Shown here piece by piece: positions 12,360 through 25,800 of a stretch of 64,000 bases of DNA. The notes below the pieces were generated by a model. That model saw only the letters and a list, made by a program, of their open reading frames with translations, ran no database searches and was not told the DNA's origin. Position numbers and translations under genes: made by a program. The stretch lies in NCBI GenBank assembly GCA_028534125.1, contig CM052817.1:62002001-62066000 (forward strand), given 5' to 3'. Within the stretch, counting starts at the first letter, position 1. Each line of letters opens with the position of its first letter. The DNA comes from Lama glama. Its lineage: Eukaryota.

Positions 12360-15300
12360 CTGCAACGAGGCAAATAATAAAATGTGAATTAAACATATGT
12401 GCGTATGCACAGAGACACACAAACCACACGTAAAACAAACAAAAGAGTCATCTCCCAAGTGACCATAAAAAAATCTAAAACTTCAAAGCTAGAAGAGACC
12501 TTGGATATCATTCAATCAAAATTTTATTGCAGAGCTGAAGAATCTAGGCATAGAAATAAAATGAATTATCAACATTTATTCACCTACTCAGAAAAGAAAA
12601 TAGGATTGTGTCTCTCTCTCCTTCGCCAATTTTTTTTTAAATCCCCTTACCTCAGAAACTACTTTTGACATCTTATCTCAAATAATACATGTTTACATTT
12701 TTATGTCAAGGCTGCAAGTGGCTCTGAAGCATGGGAACTTATAAAATCATTTAGCCTTTTCTTACTAACAGATAATTGTTTTTCTTTAGTATATAAAAAC
12801 TTTATAGTCTTCTAAGGATTTTTAGTTAGTTTCATTAATAAGTAAATCTGGTTTTTAAACAGTCTTATATAGCTGGATTCACAACTGAGTATTTCTGTGA
12901 ATTAGCGATTAGTTGATGGAATTGAAATGGACACGTATTTTGTGTATAAAGACTAATTATGGTGTTTGATGGGGCCATCAGCATAGGTGAGATTAAAAAA
13001 CCTACACTCTAACACTATACTTATGATTTACCTCTGGAGGTAATCACTCTAGAAAATATAAAAAGTATATACTCTGATATACTTTAGTACTTCACTATGT
13101 GCATCCATGAAATTATTGACATTAAGCAACTTGTAACAAAAAATTCTTTGCTGGTGGTTAGCACACGGCACAACTAGTATATGCATCCGCTTCCTGAGAG
13201 TAGAGTGTCACTCAGGTAACACAAACCTTATATGTGGACATTACATGCCCATCATCTCCTTCTCTGGGAACTTATACAACAGGGAATAATCATGAGTGCA
13301 TTATATATACTGACACAGACAGGGTATTTTTCACAGCAGAGTTATTGTTTATATAAAGATAAATAATTGAAAACAATTGCGATGTTTAACCATAGGAAAA
13401 TGGTGAACATGTATGTTCATGTGATTGACTCCTAGGCAGCAATTAAAAATGATGTTGTAGAAATCTATGAAAAATCACACATGAATACTTCAACATTATG
13501 TTTTAAGTAAAAAAAAATATTTCTATTCCTTATTTCAAAATTCTATCTATGCTTAGAAAATACCAGTATTAAACATATTAATCTTTTTAAAAAGCTATCT
13601 CTGGATGACAAAATGACAGAATTCTAGGCATTTTCCCTTTGATCTTTTTTCTGTGTTTCCCAAATTTACTATAATGGATATATATCTGCATTCTAAAAAT
13701 GATGCTAACAAAATGAAATATATGCAACAGACTCAAACATGAAATACTGGTTAGATGTTTATGTTTTCCTGTAGAATTCTAGTGAGCCCAATGTATGAGC
13801 CCTAGACAACTTATTTTATGAGGCCATGAAAAGGACAAGCAGATGTTTGATAGGTAGAGTTTCATTTACTGTTCCAAGAAGCAATTTATCCTGCTCAATT
13901 TCACAAAACCCCAAGTGTTGTGGAACTGTCAGTATAAACTGCTTACTAATACACTGGCAAGTCAGTATCTGGAGTTAGAGTACACATGTACTGCTCTGCT
14001 AGGATTTTAATGAGAAATGAATAATCAAACTTTTAGAGAAAAATCCGTCTAGAAGATCTTAGGCTTAGTCCCTCCATTTTTGGAGAAGGAGGTAAGGGAC
14101 CAAGTGAAGGTCAGTTATTGATAGAAACAGTCCTAGAACACAAGACTCCTGAGCCCTAGTCCCATGCTGTTTTCTAAACTCAAAATGCTTAAGTTACTTG
14201 TGTCTGATCCTTTCTGAAGAATGTTTACAGATATTAAAAGCATGCTATACATAGGAAGAGATTCGCTTGTATATTAAACACCTATGTAATATATCTATTT
14301 AGAGTCTGCCTTCATTAGTCATTTATGATTGGTATAAGCTGAGGTGTATCCCATTTCTCTTGCATTTCCAATGCTGTTAATTAAGTTGTTCAGACAGTTT
14401 GGAAAAAGACAAGAACTAAGAAACATCTCATTGTGATTTAAGAAAGGCAACTGCTTACAACTCAACATAGCCATTATCTGGACTAGGAAATAAAACTTTA
14501 AAGTATTTAAAAAAATAGTATGCATCTGTCCTGTAATGAAAAGGACAGTTTTAAAGCATCATTACATTCAGCCTTTCGAACATCACAGCGGATTCTATTC
14601 TCTTAAGACCCTAAAGCATAAGGACACAGTGCTATCTGAAGTAAGTACCAGAAGCCACATACTTGCCAGCGGCCGTCCTTCCTTCATCGTCACTTAGACA
14701 AGTCCCTCAGAGTGCCACTTAACACTGGAGCAGCCGTGAAGAGCTTCCCTACGTCTAAGCGGTAGCCATGCCATTCCCAAGGTAGCAGGACCAACACTTA
14801 CCAGGGTTGTTGTTTCCTCTGAGACAATAATTCGTCAAGAACATGAAGACCTACTATGTATCTCACACTGTGAAATATACACGTAAGTTCATAGAGCTGT
14901 CTCTTAGTCTACAAAGGAGCTTAAAATCTTAGGTGGGGAAATGGAACTAACTTGTGAAACTAGGAGAAAACCACTGAGTGCTAAAGCCTGCAGGGAGATA
15001 AAAGGATCATATGTCACAGCAAAACGGCTGCGGGATCACTTAGTACTTCTGGAGAAATGACAGGTTTAGAGATGAGATGGATTAGAAAGGGCCAGAGAGT
15101 GGAAAGGAAGCTTCCTAAAAGAGTCAGTGTATTGAACCTTGTTACATGGTTAGCAATAGGGCCAGCTGGCGATGGCAGCCACTGTCTTCACTCGGGATGC
15201 CCCTGATGGAGTTAAAAGCAAGTACCAGGCTGTTCAAGTTGGTCTGAGGTGTTCGAAGTTAGTGTCAGCTCCAGTCTACCTGAGGTTTTGCAATCACTCT

Positions 15301-15655
15301 CTTGAGGCCACAGAATGAGCAGCAAGCTGCTTTAGGCATCTTCATCTCAGAACTCCCTCTAGATCTCAGTGGTCCAGGCTATGGAGGAACGGGGCTTAAG
15401 TACCAGGAGACGTGACTGCTTCCCTAGATAGATTTCCTTCACTTTCCCATAAACTGACTGACAAAGGGCTGGGAATCTCCAAGTCTAGTTTTTCACGTGT
15501 ATCAGGAAAGCAGTTAAACCTCAGTGTCCACATGAGAAGCTGGAAGAGAGCAGCAATGGGGAATGAAAAGGGGCCTCTTCCCTTGATATTTCAAAATCAA
15601 AACGAGAAACTGCAGTTTGATCTGAACTAGATTGAGACCTCAAAAATCCACGCAC

Positions 15656-15836
15656 CATAGACTATGACAGTTGCAGTTGTGCTCTTCCTTTTGGCAACAA
15701 TGTTTTTGGCAACACAAGTATAGTTTGCAGTATCTGAGAGGCGGGCCTGCTTGATGATGAGGTTGTGATCAATAGTAATATAAAAATTCCGATCTTCAAC
15801 AGGATCGATGATGTCTTCATTTTTCAACCATTCCAC
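15656..15836 (-). CDS. UNC5C: UNC5C internal coding exon (181 bp, probably exon 5; Ig2 domain)
   Basis: ttag|GTG GAA TGG...GTC TAT G|gtgcgt translates as [60 protein letters not shown], with the Ig D-x-x-x-Y-x-C motif. Confidence 0.97.
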
Positions 15837-18249
15837 CTAAAGATGCACAAGAGAAACAGATAAATCCCCAGAGTGGATCCCTCCATAGCTGTCTGTCCTA
15901 ACTTGTGTTTTTCAATGTGAATAGCATTGTTCCAGGCTATGAACTTCTGCAAAAGGGAAGAAGTAACTTTCTGAGGTCACATCACGTGAAGTATCACTCA
16001 CCTGCCAAACATGCTGATTCTGTCTGTAGTACATTATTCTCAAATGTCAATGACCCAGTTGGGAAATACAGAGTTCAAACTGTTTTCACTTTGCCCTGCA
16101 GGCAGGAATCGGGGATGTGCACTGCCAAGTTCAGAACTCAATCAAAAATAATAGGCTAAGCATTTCAAACTGGACTCAAATCTTTTCCTATTTGATTTGT
16201 TTACTCTTGGCAACTTACCTGCTGCTTTTCAGAAAAGAATTAAGGACTATTTAAAAAGCTCCAAAGGCGTGTTAGACATCATGCAGCTCTAATAAAACAA
16301 CATTTGGATGATCTATGTGTAGCCTTGCTGTAACAAATGGACTAAATTTCCCTGAAAATACACCTACTTTAAAATGTAGCAAACACATATTTACAGATGT
16401 ATCTAAGACAACATACTTGGGGAGGGGGAAGGTTTTCTATCAGTTCTCAGCGTAATCTAGCATATAAATCATACTCAAAGCTCCTCCTTGCCTGTCACTA
16501 GCATCAAATCTTTGGCTCATGGTTTGCTTCTGGAGAACCTCAAGACATGACTGTTCAAAATCACTGAGCTACTTTTCTATGCAAGTATCAGTTTAGCAAC
16601 AGCAATGCTATCCTTACAGAATGAAAGGAGGAAAGTGTATCTGCATAAGATGTCCTAAAGAAGGATCAACTATTTCTTGTCCTATTAAAACTTGCTTTTT
16701 TCTAAGACAGGTCTCTCCATAAAGCAAAACAACATTGATATTTACCACACTTAAACTTTCCTTTTGCATTCCTGTGGATACAGATAGAAGTAACCTTTAG
16801 TGGTAGGGAGTCAATAGTGTTGCCATTTTCAAAATCTTAAGGAGCTTCCCCAGCACCACAAGAGGTCTGGAAATTAATCTCTAAATCTGTCAGTGGACTA
16901 GATGTTGCACAGCTCCAAATTACATCTAACGCTTCCCTAATCCTTAGCAGAGAGGCAAGTTAAAGGGAGAAACAAAAAACAACTATCTTGAAATAAACAT
17001 ACTGAGGATGTAGATAAGAGCAGCTATTTGTAATGATGTAAATTTTGAAACAGCTAAATATTGTTGATATTTACACTAATGGAAGTGAGAAAGAGGGCAA
17101 TTCATCTATAACAGTGAAGTTTTAAAACACGCATTTCATTTTAAATAAAGACAGCATATTCAGTCATGTGCTTGGGTATATTTGATCAAAGACTCACTCT
17201 CATTTAAGCTGGATTTTCTGAAAATTTGGTCTTACATGTGTGCTAATACAATCTTGCTAGAACTGCAAGGGGAAAGGTAACAAAATTCAGCTTGTAAGAA
17301 AACTGCTTAGTGATAACTGAAAGCTGAATTAGTATCTTCTGAATCTAGTCTTTACCACAGGCTTTCCTGGTAATTCTAAAGAAAGCTTTCCACTTCTAGA
17401 AGGTACTGTTGGGCTCCCTTGATTTAGATCCCTGCTTGCTCCGCCCACTTACAGGGCTCTCCTAGGCGTGCTTCCATAACAAACCATTTGTACCCAAATC
17501 TTTGCCTCAGGTCTGCTTCCTCAGAACCCGATCTAAGTCAGAATTGTTCAAAACTATGGTTTCTTCTATGTACATAATACCAGTTAAGAATAGTAATGTT
17601 ATCCTGATCATAAATGACATAAAGTGATCCCAAGGGATACTGCAAACCACTTGTTTATTTGGAAAGTTTATTACATGGAAGAAAGAAAGCAATCTGCACT
17701 GTTGACAAGGATTTTAGAAGACTTACATGATTACTGAGTATATGATCTTCACTATCTTTTACATGACTCTGCATTTTCCTCAGGTGTCTCCCACCAACCC
17801 TGGAGCAGTGATTATGACCTGAGCTTCAAGGACCCCTGAGGAGCCTTAAGTGCTGTGGCAGCACCCCTGGACTCTGTGAGGGACACTGCCTTCCTCCCCG
17901 AACTCTGGCTTTAACCAAAGCTCTGCTTTGATGTTTTCTACATTAGGCTTGCCTGTATGCCTTTGTTTGAAACAACAGGGTCTACAGCTAGAAAATAGCT
18001 GCAGGAATGAAAAAAGGAGCAAAAGGACTCCGGTTTCTGGCAAGATGCCCCCTCCCAGTTCTCTATACCCTGTAAGTCCCAATCTTGTCTCAGCATCCTG
18101 CTTTGAGACCTTATCTCCATAAGAAGCTCCCATCCAGACTGCCGGTCATCACTCACCTCCTGCCCTGGAATCATTCTGCTCTGCATGTCCCCATCACCCA
18201 CTCTTCAAAACTTTTAAAATCCTCCCACACTCCCTTGGAATACAGCAGC

Positions 18250-21200
18250 AGCCGCCTCCAAAATTTCAGCTTCTTTTTACATTGTTTTCTTCATTCTTCA
18301 CTAACTAATCCTAGCTCTTTGTGATGCTGCTGTTTCTTCTGGGGTCCTCTCACATGGTGGGTGTTTGACTTCCCAGACCCAACACACCACCAGGCCTGGG
18401 GCCAGGAAGTGTCTTCCCTGATCTGCACTCTCTATTCCAGACCATGCTCTCCAAACACCTTTGCTTTCAATCTCATGCTATCAGATGTCACTCAGTTTCT
18501 TCACTATATATATATATATATGTCATCTATAAACCTCTGGACTCAGTAATTTTATCCAGTATAATTTTTGTCATAATTTCTGATGATTTTAATAATCACA
18601 AAGATGACACTTTCAACATCTTGGCTTCTCAATTATGACTCCCTTTCTGCAATAATCTTGATTTTCAAGTCACTCACACTCAGAGCCACACATTCTAGGC
18701 CAGAGGCTTTCAATCCTGGCTTCACTGTAGTATAACTTGGAGATCATTTATAATATAATCAACTCTAAATCCACTCTAGAGAAACTGAATCCAACCCAGA
18801 AAAACTGATTCACTGGTCAAGATTTGTCTACCATCGGGGTGTGTGTGTGTGTGTGTGTGTTTAAATTCCATATGGGGCTGTGATTTACTGCTAGGTTGAG
18901 AAATATCACTCTAGGCCATTGCCTTTCAAATGAGATCCCTGGGCCAACAGCATCATAGCAACACAGAGTCTCAGGCTCTGCCCACCAAGACTTCCTGAAT
19001 CAAAATGTGCATGATAACAAGAACCTCAGGGGATTTCCACGCACATTAAAGTTTGAGAATCGTTAGTTTAGCTTTTGTCCTTACCATTAATTATTAACTG
19101 TAACCCCTCCAAAACTCAATTTCAATGATCTATTTTTTTTACTATTTTGTGTTTCCTGCTTATTCTCTCCAGGGCTATCTCTTGACACACCTTCATCAGG
19201 GCCTACAATCTATTGAACTTACCAACTTTATCTGACACCCTTCTCAAGATCCCTCTTTCCTCTTTACTAAGTATAAATGCCATGTCTGCCTTCAGCAACA
19301 ATCCCTTGCATTACACCCTCAACTCTGTCATCTCTCCCTTGCTCCAATGTGCTCAGTTGGCCACTCTTCCCCCTACACCACCTTTGTATCCTTGCAATGG
19401 AGCATGGCTGTGTGAAGCCATATTGAGTGGGCTCATCTTCAACTCATAACGCAACTCAAATGAGCCCTAAATTCTGCCCTCAAAATTGCCCTGTATTTTC
19501 ATCACCTGTTCACTGTTTCATACTCCTAAACAGCCAGTTCACACCTTCCCTCCGCTTAAACACTACCTCTCCCTCAGTCCTCTCAGCGGATGGCCAAGAC
19601 TTCAACGTCACTGAGAAAACCGACAATCAGGAGACCTCTTCCAAAGCTCCCCCATCCACCTACCGTCCCTATTCTGCACCCTCTCCCTTGTTCCTGGGTC
19701 AGCCCTCCGCTCCTGTCACCTTTCAGTTGTACCCTGCATCCCCTATTCCTGCTCTCCTATTCAAGAGCAAACCCCAGCAATTCTCTTCTCGCTTAAATCA
19801 TTAATGTTCCCTCTACACAGAATCATTTTCACCCACATACAGACATGTGGTTATTTTTCACAACTGAAAAGAAAATCCCTCCTCACTCATTTTTGCTTCT
19901 AGTCCCTCCTACATTTCTCTGCTTACCTTAAAAAACACCTTAGATACTTGTTTGCATTCACTCTCTCCAGCTGCCATCCTCACATCTACTGAATCGATTC
20001 TAATTCGTGTTGACCTCCACCATTACAACTGCTCTTTTCAAAGGTACTGACTACTTTCACCTTGATAGATGGACTGGTGAGGTTTTAGTACTTACTGGAC
20101 CGAGCAGCAGCATTTGACCACGTTGGCTCCCCACTCCTCCTCACTTGCTTTCTCTGGACAGGGCACTTTTCTGCTTTTTGTCCTATCTTCCCCCATCTGT
20201 CACAGCTTCCTCGGGCTAAGGTCTGTTCTCCCTGTGGCAGCTCTGTCCTTGGACCTCTGCTTTTTCCTACTTTCTATCCATATTCACTTCCTTGGTGAGC
20301 TCATCCAGTCTCATGCAGATAATTCCTAAATTTATCTCCAGTCCAGACCCATTCCTGAACTCCAGATTCATATATCCAACTGCCTTCTTGCGATTCCACT
20401 GGGTTGTCAAATAACAATCCCCTGAACTGTCCTTCAAACATGCCCCTCCCACACCTTACAGTCTCAGTTAAGGCCAAATCCATCCTTCCAGTAACTTAGA
20501 CAGAAACCTCAGACTTAGTCTTGACTCCCCTCCTCTCTGTCCATTTGATGTCAGAGCAGCCTATCAGAATCCAGCCACTTCTTGTCCTCTCAGTACCACT
20601 CCCTTCCCTGAGTAAGTCACCATCACTTCTCTCCTGAATTATTGCAACAACTTCCTGTCTTATCTTTGCTTTTCCTATTGACCCTAACATCTATTCTCCA
20701 CACAGTAGAATGATCCTTAAACCCTGAGTCAGATCATGCTACATCTCGAATCCAATCCTCCAATATTGCTCAGGGTCAGAGCCAAAGTCCTTACAATGAC
20801 CCAAAAGGTCCTGCATCACCAGGACCCCTGACCTCTCTGAGATTTCCTCATTTACGCTCTCCTTTTCTCTCATCGCTTTAGATGCTGGCTCCTTTGCTGG
20901 GACTTATGCACAGCATGGGTGCCCCTGCTTTGGGGATGTTAGGTCCGCTCGTGCAACTGCCTGGAATGATCATTTCCCTGGTAAGTTTGCTGTCTTCTCT
21001 CCTTCAGGTCTTTACTCAGATGTCACCTTCTCAGTGAGTCACTTCCTAATCAATCTTCAAAACTGCAACATCTCCCTCTGCCTATGCCCCTAATCTCTCA
21101 CTCTTATTTTCTCCATCTCATATAGCCTGTATTTTACTTGTTTCCTTCACCAGAATGTAAGCTCCAAGGTTCTGGCCTAGTTTTTGATCAGTGTTATAGT

Positions 21201-21260
21201 CTTGTGGCTTGGAACTGGCATATAGTAGGTGCTTAATTAGTATTTGCTGAATGTATGAAC
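18250..21260 (+). mobile_element. Long degenerate L2 LINE, interrupted by MER5-like hAT elements (about 18700-19070)
   Basis: Pyrimidine-rich L2 ORF2-like text (ccttggtgagctcatccagtctcatg...tccagacccattcctgaactccagattcatatatccaactgcct) and an L2 3' end (atagtaggtgcttaattagtatttgctgaatg). Boundaries are approximate. Confidence 0.75.
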
Positions 21261-21927
21261 AAAACAAGACTTGCAGTGGGATCAAGTCTGTTATACACAT
21301 TTTTAAAAGAGTAGAGAAAGTAAAGTGAAGGATATGAAGTCGGTACTTTAACTGTCAAATTAGTAATGAGTATGTTTAGTGACAACAATTTTAAATATCT
21401 TTTCTAACTAACTTCTGCTAGAGAATAAGAACACAAACCTCCACTGGCTAAGGTCAAATCCTACAGAGCTGGCCTGGCCTCCAAGTGGACTCACAGGAGA
21501 AATCATGAGATAGCAGAGGGCCTCTGGAATTATACTAGGAGACCCCCAATGTTTCACTCCCATTTATGAGTCTAAAGTTTCCTGTGGCCAATATGTTTTA
21601 ACTATGGCATCTTTGAAAGTGGAACTTGCTCTAGCCCACATTATACCTGTTTATTTCCTGGAGAACTTTAAAAAGGTGTCTGGGTAATGATTACAGAATT
21701 TTATCTAGTGAACACAGAAATCTAGGTGATTACAGTAAACCTGAGCCTACAATATAGCTTTCCAAGACCTTTAAATTTCAATAAACAAATAGTTGGCATC
21801 TTGTTATTTCAACTCTATTCCACAAACACTGAGTACCTACTATGTGCTAGACACTGTGTCAAGTGCTGGATGGGGACAAAGGGGAATTTCAGATAAGGGC
21901 TTGCTTGTGGCACCCTCTGGATAAGAA

Positions 21928-22441
21928 TGTAGTAGGGAAGAACAAATCTGACTCTACATTAGACATGCTCCTTTAGCTCTAACCCTGTGCTCTGTTTCCT
22001 GTGCTTAGTCATACCGGTTCTATATCTTATGTAAAAGTGCTGCCTATAGCCTGAAATACACAGCACAGCCCATTCTCAAGATTCTGACCTTTAAGGGTAT
22101 AAAACTTTTCCATTCATATAAAGATAAAAGCTTTGCAGAATAGAAAATAACATCTGTCTTGCTGGAGGTTTACAGAGACACCATGACCTGATCTATTTGG
22201 ACAGCTCCAAGAACAAAGGATTCTGACACCAAGAAGTCTGCAAAAACCAATCACAGCCCCTCCCCTTTTTGGTATAAAAGGAGCCTGAATTCTGACTTGG
22301 ATAAGATGGTTCCCTAGGACACTAGTCCCCATTTTCTTGGTCTGCTGGCTTTCTGAATAAAGTTGTTACTCCTTGCCATAACACCTTGTTTTCCAATTTA
22401 TTGGCCTGTCGTGCGGTGAGCAGAATTTGGACTTGGTAATA
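21928..22441 (+). mobile_element. Solo ERV1-class LTR (possibly MER41-like)
   Basis: Termini TGTAG...GGTAATA (decayed TG..CA), TATA-like ggtataaaagg at about 22271, AATAAA at about 22356, and 4-bp flanks agaa/agac. The family name is from recall only. Confidence 0.8.
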
Positions 22442-22880
22442 AGACACAAACCTATAAACAAATTACAATGTGACAGAAACAACAGATATATGTTCAAGGA
22501 TGGAGGTAAATTGGGGTTCAAATTACGTGGGGAGAGGACATTTGATGGGGGAATATTTGAACTAGTTTCTTAAGAATGGAATTAAGCTTGTTGAGAAAGC
22601 AAAAATGTAAAGGGACAGATGAAGAGTACACTTCAGGAAGAGGAAACAGCCAGTGCTTCACAGAGGCTTGAAGCCTCCTGGGGAGTCTGAGCACTGGACA
22701 GTGGTCTTACCTGCAGTCACGGGGAGCAGAGCAAGGATGAAGAAGCTGCTTTCAGGAAATCACTGAGGGACTCCAATACTACTCTAACACATCTGACCTT
22801 TACTTACAGCTGCTGTGATCCAATGAAGGGTTTAGAAAGGACAGGCATGATGACACTTTGCTTTAAGAATGACTGTTTTG

Positions 22881-25800
22881 GGGTTGAGCCAAGATGGTGG
22901 AGTAGAGAGACTCACAGCTCGCCCTCTCCCACAAATACACCAAGAATTACAACTACAAACCCACTGAATCTCACAGAACACCTACAGAACTTTGGCAGAG
23001 TGTCTCTTGTTTCAAAATACAAGAGGATTCTCACAAAATCCAGTAAGAAAAAAAAAAAAAGAAAAAAGGAAAAATTGATGCAGGGAGGGAGTGGCATGAG
23101 AAGAAAGGTACCCTCATGCTGGGACGCCCTCTTCTCCAGCCAGGAGGTCAGCAGGGACAGAAGCAGAGCTTGATGCTTGGGGAAGAAACTGGCAAAATGC
23201 TTGGCAGACAGAACTCAGGGAAACTTACCTGAGGGCCCCTGTGATCCCCGGCCCAAGACACAAGCCAGCAGGGACAGGACAGCTGGCTGCTAGAGATCGG
23301 TGAGGAGCCCAGGCAAAGGGCTGGGGCCCACTGCACAAAGGCAGCCTCAGGGGACTGGAGGGCAGTGTGAGCTCTGGCTGGGGGTGTGTACGGAACAGAA
23401 CAGCTGGGGTGGGGGTAGGGGTGCAAAACACCATAGCTGCTTTCTCCACCTGTTGGTGTGTTCTTGCATAAGAAGAGAGGTGGGGCTTGGTCATAGCCAT
23501 CACTGCTGCATGGAGGCAGGGCTGAAAGCCGAATCCAGAGGCCCTGCAACTTCACAGGCAGGACTGAGATTTGTTTATAGCCCCAGGCAGAGAGGGCAGA
23601 TTTGCTCTCTCTGGACCCTTTGTAGACCCTCACCTCTGGGATGAACAGGCAGTGAGCAGAGTTCTGGCACACCACAGATTCAGGTGTGTGACTGCATGCT
23701 TGCTATCCTGGTTCCCAGTGCCTGATTGCTGGATCTGCACTGGTGGTTCCTGAGGCTCAGAACCTGGGAGACACCAGACTAGGTGGCCAACATTCCCACA
23801 GCTAAGGCGGAGACAAAGGCAGCGTCAATAAAGAGTACTTTGTAAGCCTGCATAACAAGTGACAGACGACACCAGAGAGGGCACTTTCCAGTGCACATCT
23901 CCTGCCTACTCTTCTTCCCAGCTGAAGTGCTCCAACCCTGCCTACTACACACAGCTCAGAAATGGGTCTAGACGCCTCTATTCCAGCAACAAGTGAGCAT
24001 ACCAGGACCCTGCCAAGGCTATGACAACTATAGAACAAAAAAGGAGGCCTGGCTCAACAACAACAATCAGGGCAAGTTCTGAAAACCACAACTCTAACCA
24101 CACCCCTAAACAGAGGGATAACAGCCAACACTCATGGAAGAAAGATATGGCAACTATCCATACTAAGAAGAGCCATAGCAACAAACTATTAGATGTGTAC
24201 AGTCTACATAGGAATGCTCCCACTTTAAATAAAAACAGAAACAAAAACAGCCCTTCAAGACCACAGCAGATAACTGATACTCATAAATCCATACAGCCAG
24301 AGAAATATAAGAAAAGTGAAGAGGCAGAGGAACTACTCCCAATTAAAAGAACAAGAAAAATCCTCTGAAAGAATGATCAATGAAATAGACTAATAGTCTA
24401 CTAGATCATGACTTCAAAAAGAGAATGATCAAGGCACTGAATGAACTAAAAGAGACTATCAATAAAGACAGAGAATACTTTAAAAAGGAAATTGAAACTA
24501 TAAAGAGTCAATTAAAAACAGAAAACTCAATTGCTGAGATAAGAGCCGAGCTAAAGGCAGTCAAAAGCAGACTAGTTATTGCAGAGGAATGAATAAGTGA
24601 CTTAGAAGACAGGGTAACAGAAGTTACCCAATCAGAACAGCAGAAAGAAAAGCAAATAAAAACCAATGAAAGCAGTATAAGGGAAATATGGGATAATATA
24701 AAGCATGCAAACCTATGCATAACAGGGGTCTCAGAAGGAGAAGAAAGAGAAAAGGGGATTGAAAGAGTATTTGAAGAAATCATGACTGAAAACTTCTCAA
24801 ACCTAAGAAGGAAACAGATATCCAAGTACAGGAGGCAAAGAGGGTCTCAAAAAAGAAGAACCCAAACAGACCTACACCAAGACATATTATAATTAAGATG
24901 GCCAAAGTGAAAGATAAAGAACGGATTCTAAAGGCAGTAAGAGAAAAACAAATAGTTACAAGGGAACTTCCATAAGACTTCCAGCTGATTTCTGTACATA
25001 AACACGGCTGGCCAGAAGGGAGTGCCAAGATATATTCAAAGTTCTGAATGAGAAAAAGCTGCAACCTAGGATATTCTATCCAGCAAGACTATCTTTTAGA
25101 GTAGAAGGAGAGATAAGGAATTTCACAGACAAGCAAAAACTAAGAGAATCCAGTAATACTAAACCTATGCTAAAAGAAATATTGAAATGTCTACTCTAAA
25201 TAGAAAAGAAACAGGAAGCTATAGCAATGAGAAACCCATAACTGGAAATGCAATAACTACAGTGAACTGCAAGAGAATAAACATGAAGATGTAAAAAATA
25301 AATTTAAAAAAGAATATCAAAATTATAAAAGGTGGGAGAGGGGAGGAAGAAATTATAGATTTTTTCTCTCTTTTTTTTCTTTGTTCTTTTTAGGATGTGT
25401 TTGAACCTACATGACTATCAGTCTAAAGCAAACAGATACAGTAACAAGTTAGTGTACTAGAAACACAGGGTAACCACAAATGAAAAGTATACAGTAGAAT
25501 CACAAAAAACAAAAAGAAACCAAGCTAATAGAAAAGAAAATTATCAAATCACAATAAGAAAAAAAGGAAAAGGAAAAAAATACCAAATCAACTGGAAAGC
25601 AAAGTTTAAATTGGCAATAAACACACATCTATCAATAATCACTATAAATGTCAAAGGACTAAATACTCCAATCAAAAGACAGAGTGGCAGACTGGGTAAT
25701 AAAACAAAAGCCTACAATATGCTGCCTACAAGAGACCCACTTTAGAGTAAAGGGAACATATAGATTCAAAGTAAAAGGATGGAAAAAGATATTTCATGCA

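Noticed and set aside
23148..24368. ORFs of 80-175 aa in the L1 5'UTR (ORF0-like?)
   Set aside because: GC-rich UTR sequence readily yields open frames. There is no support without conservation across subfamily copies.
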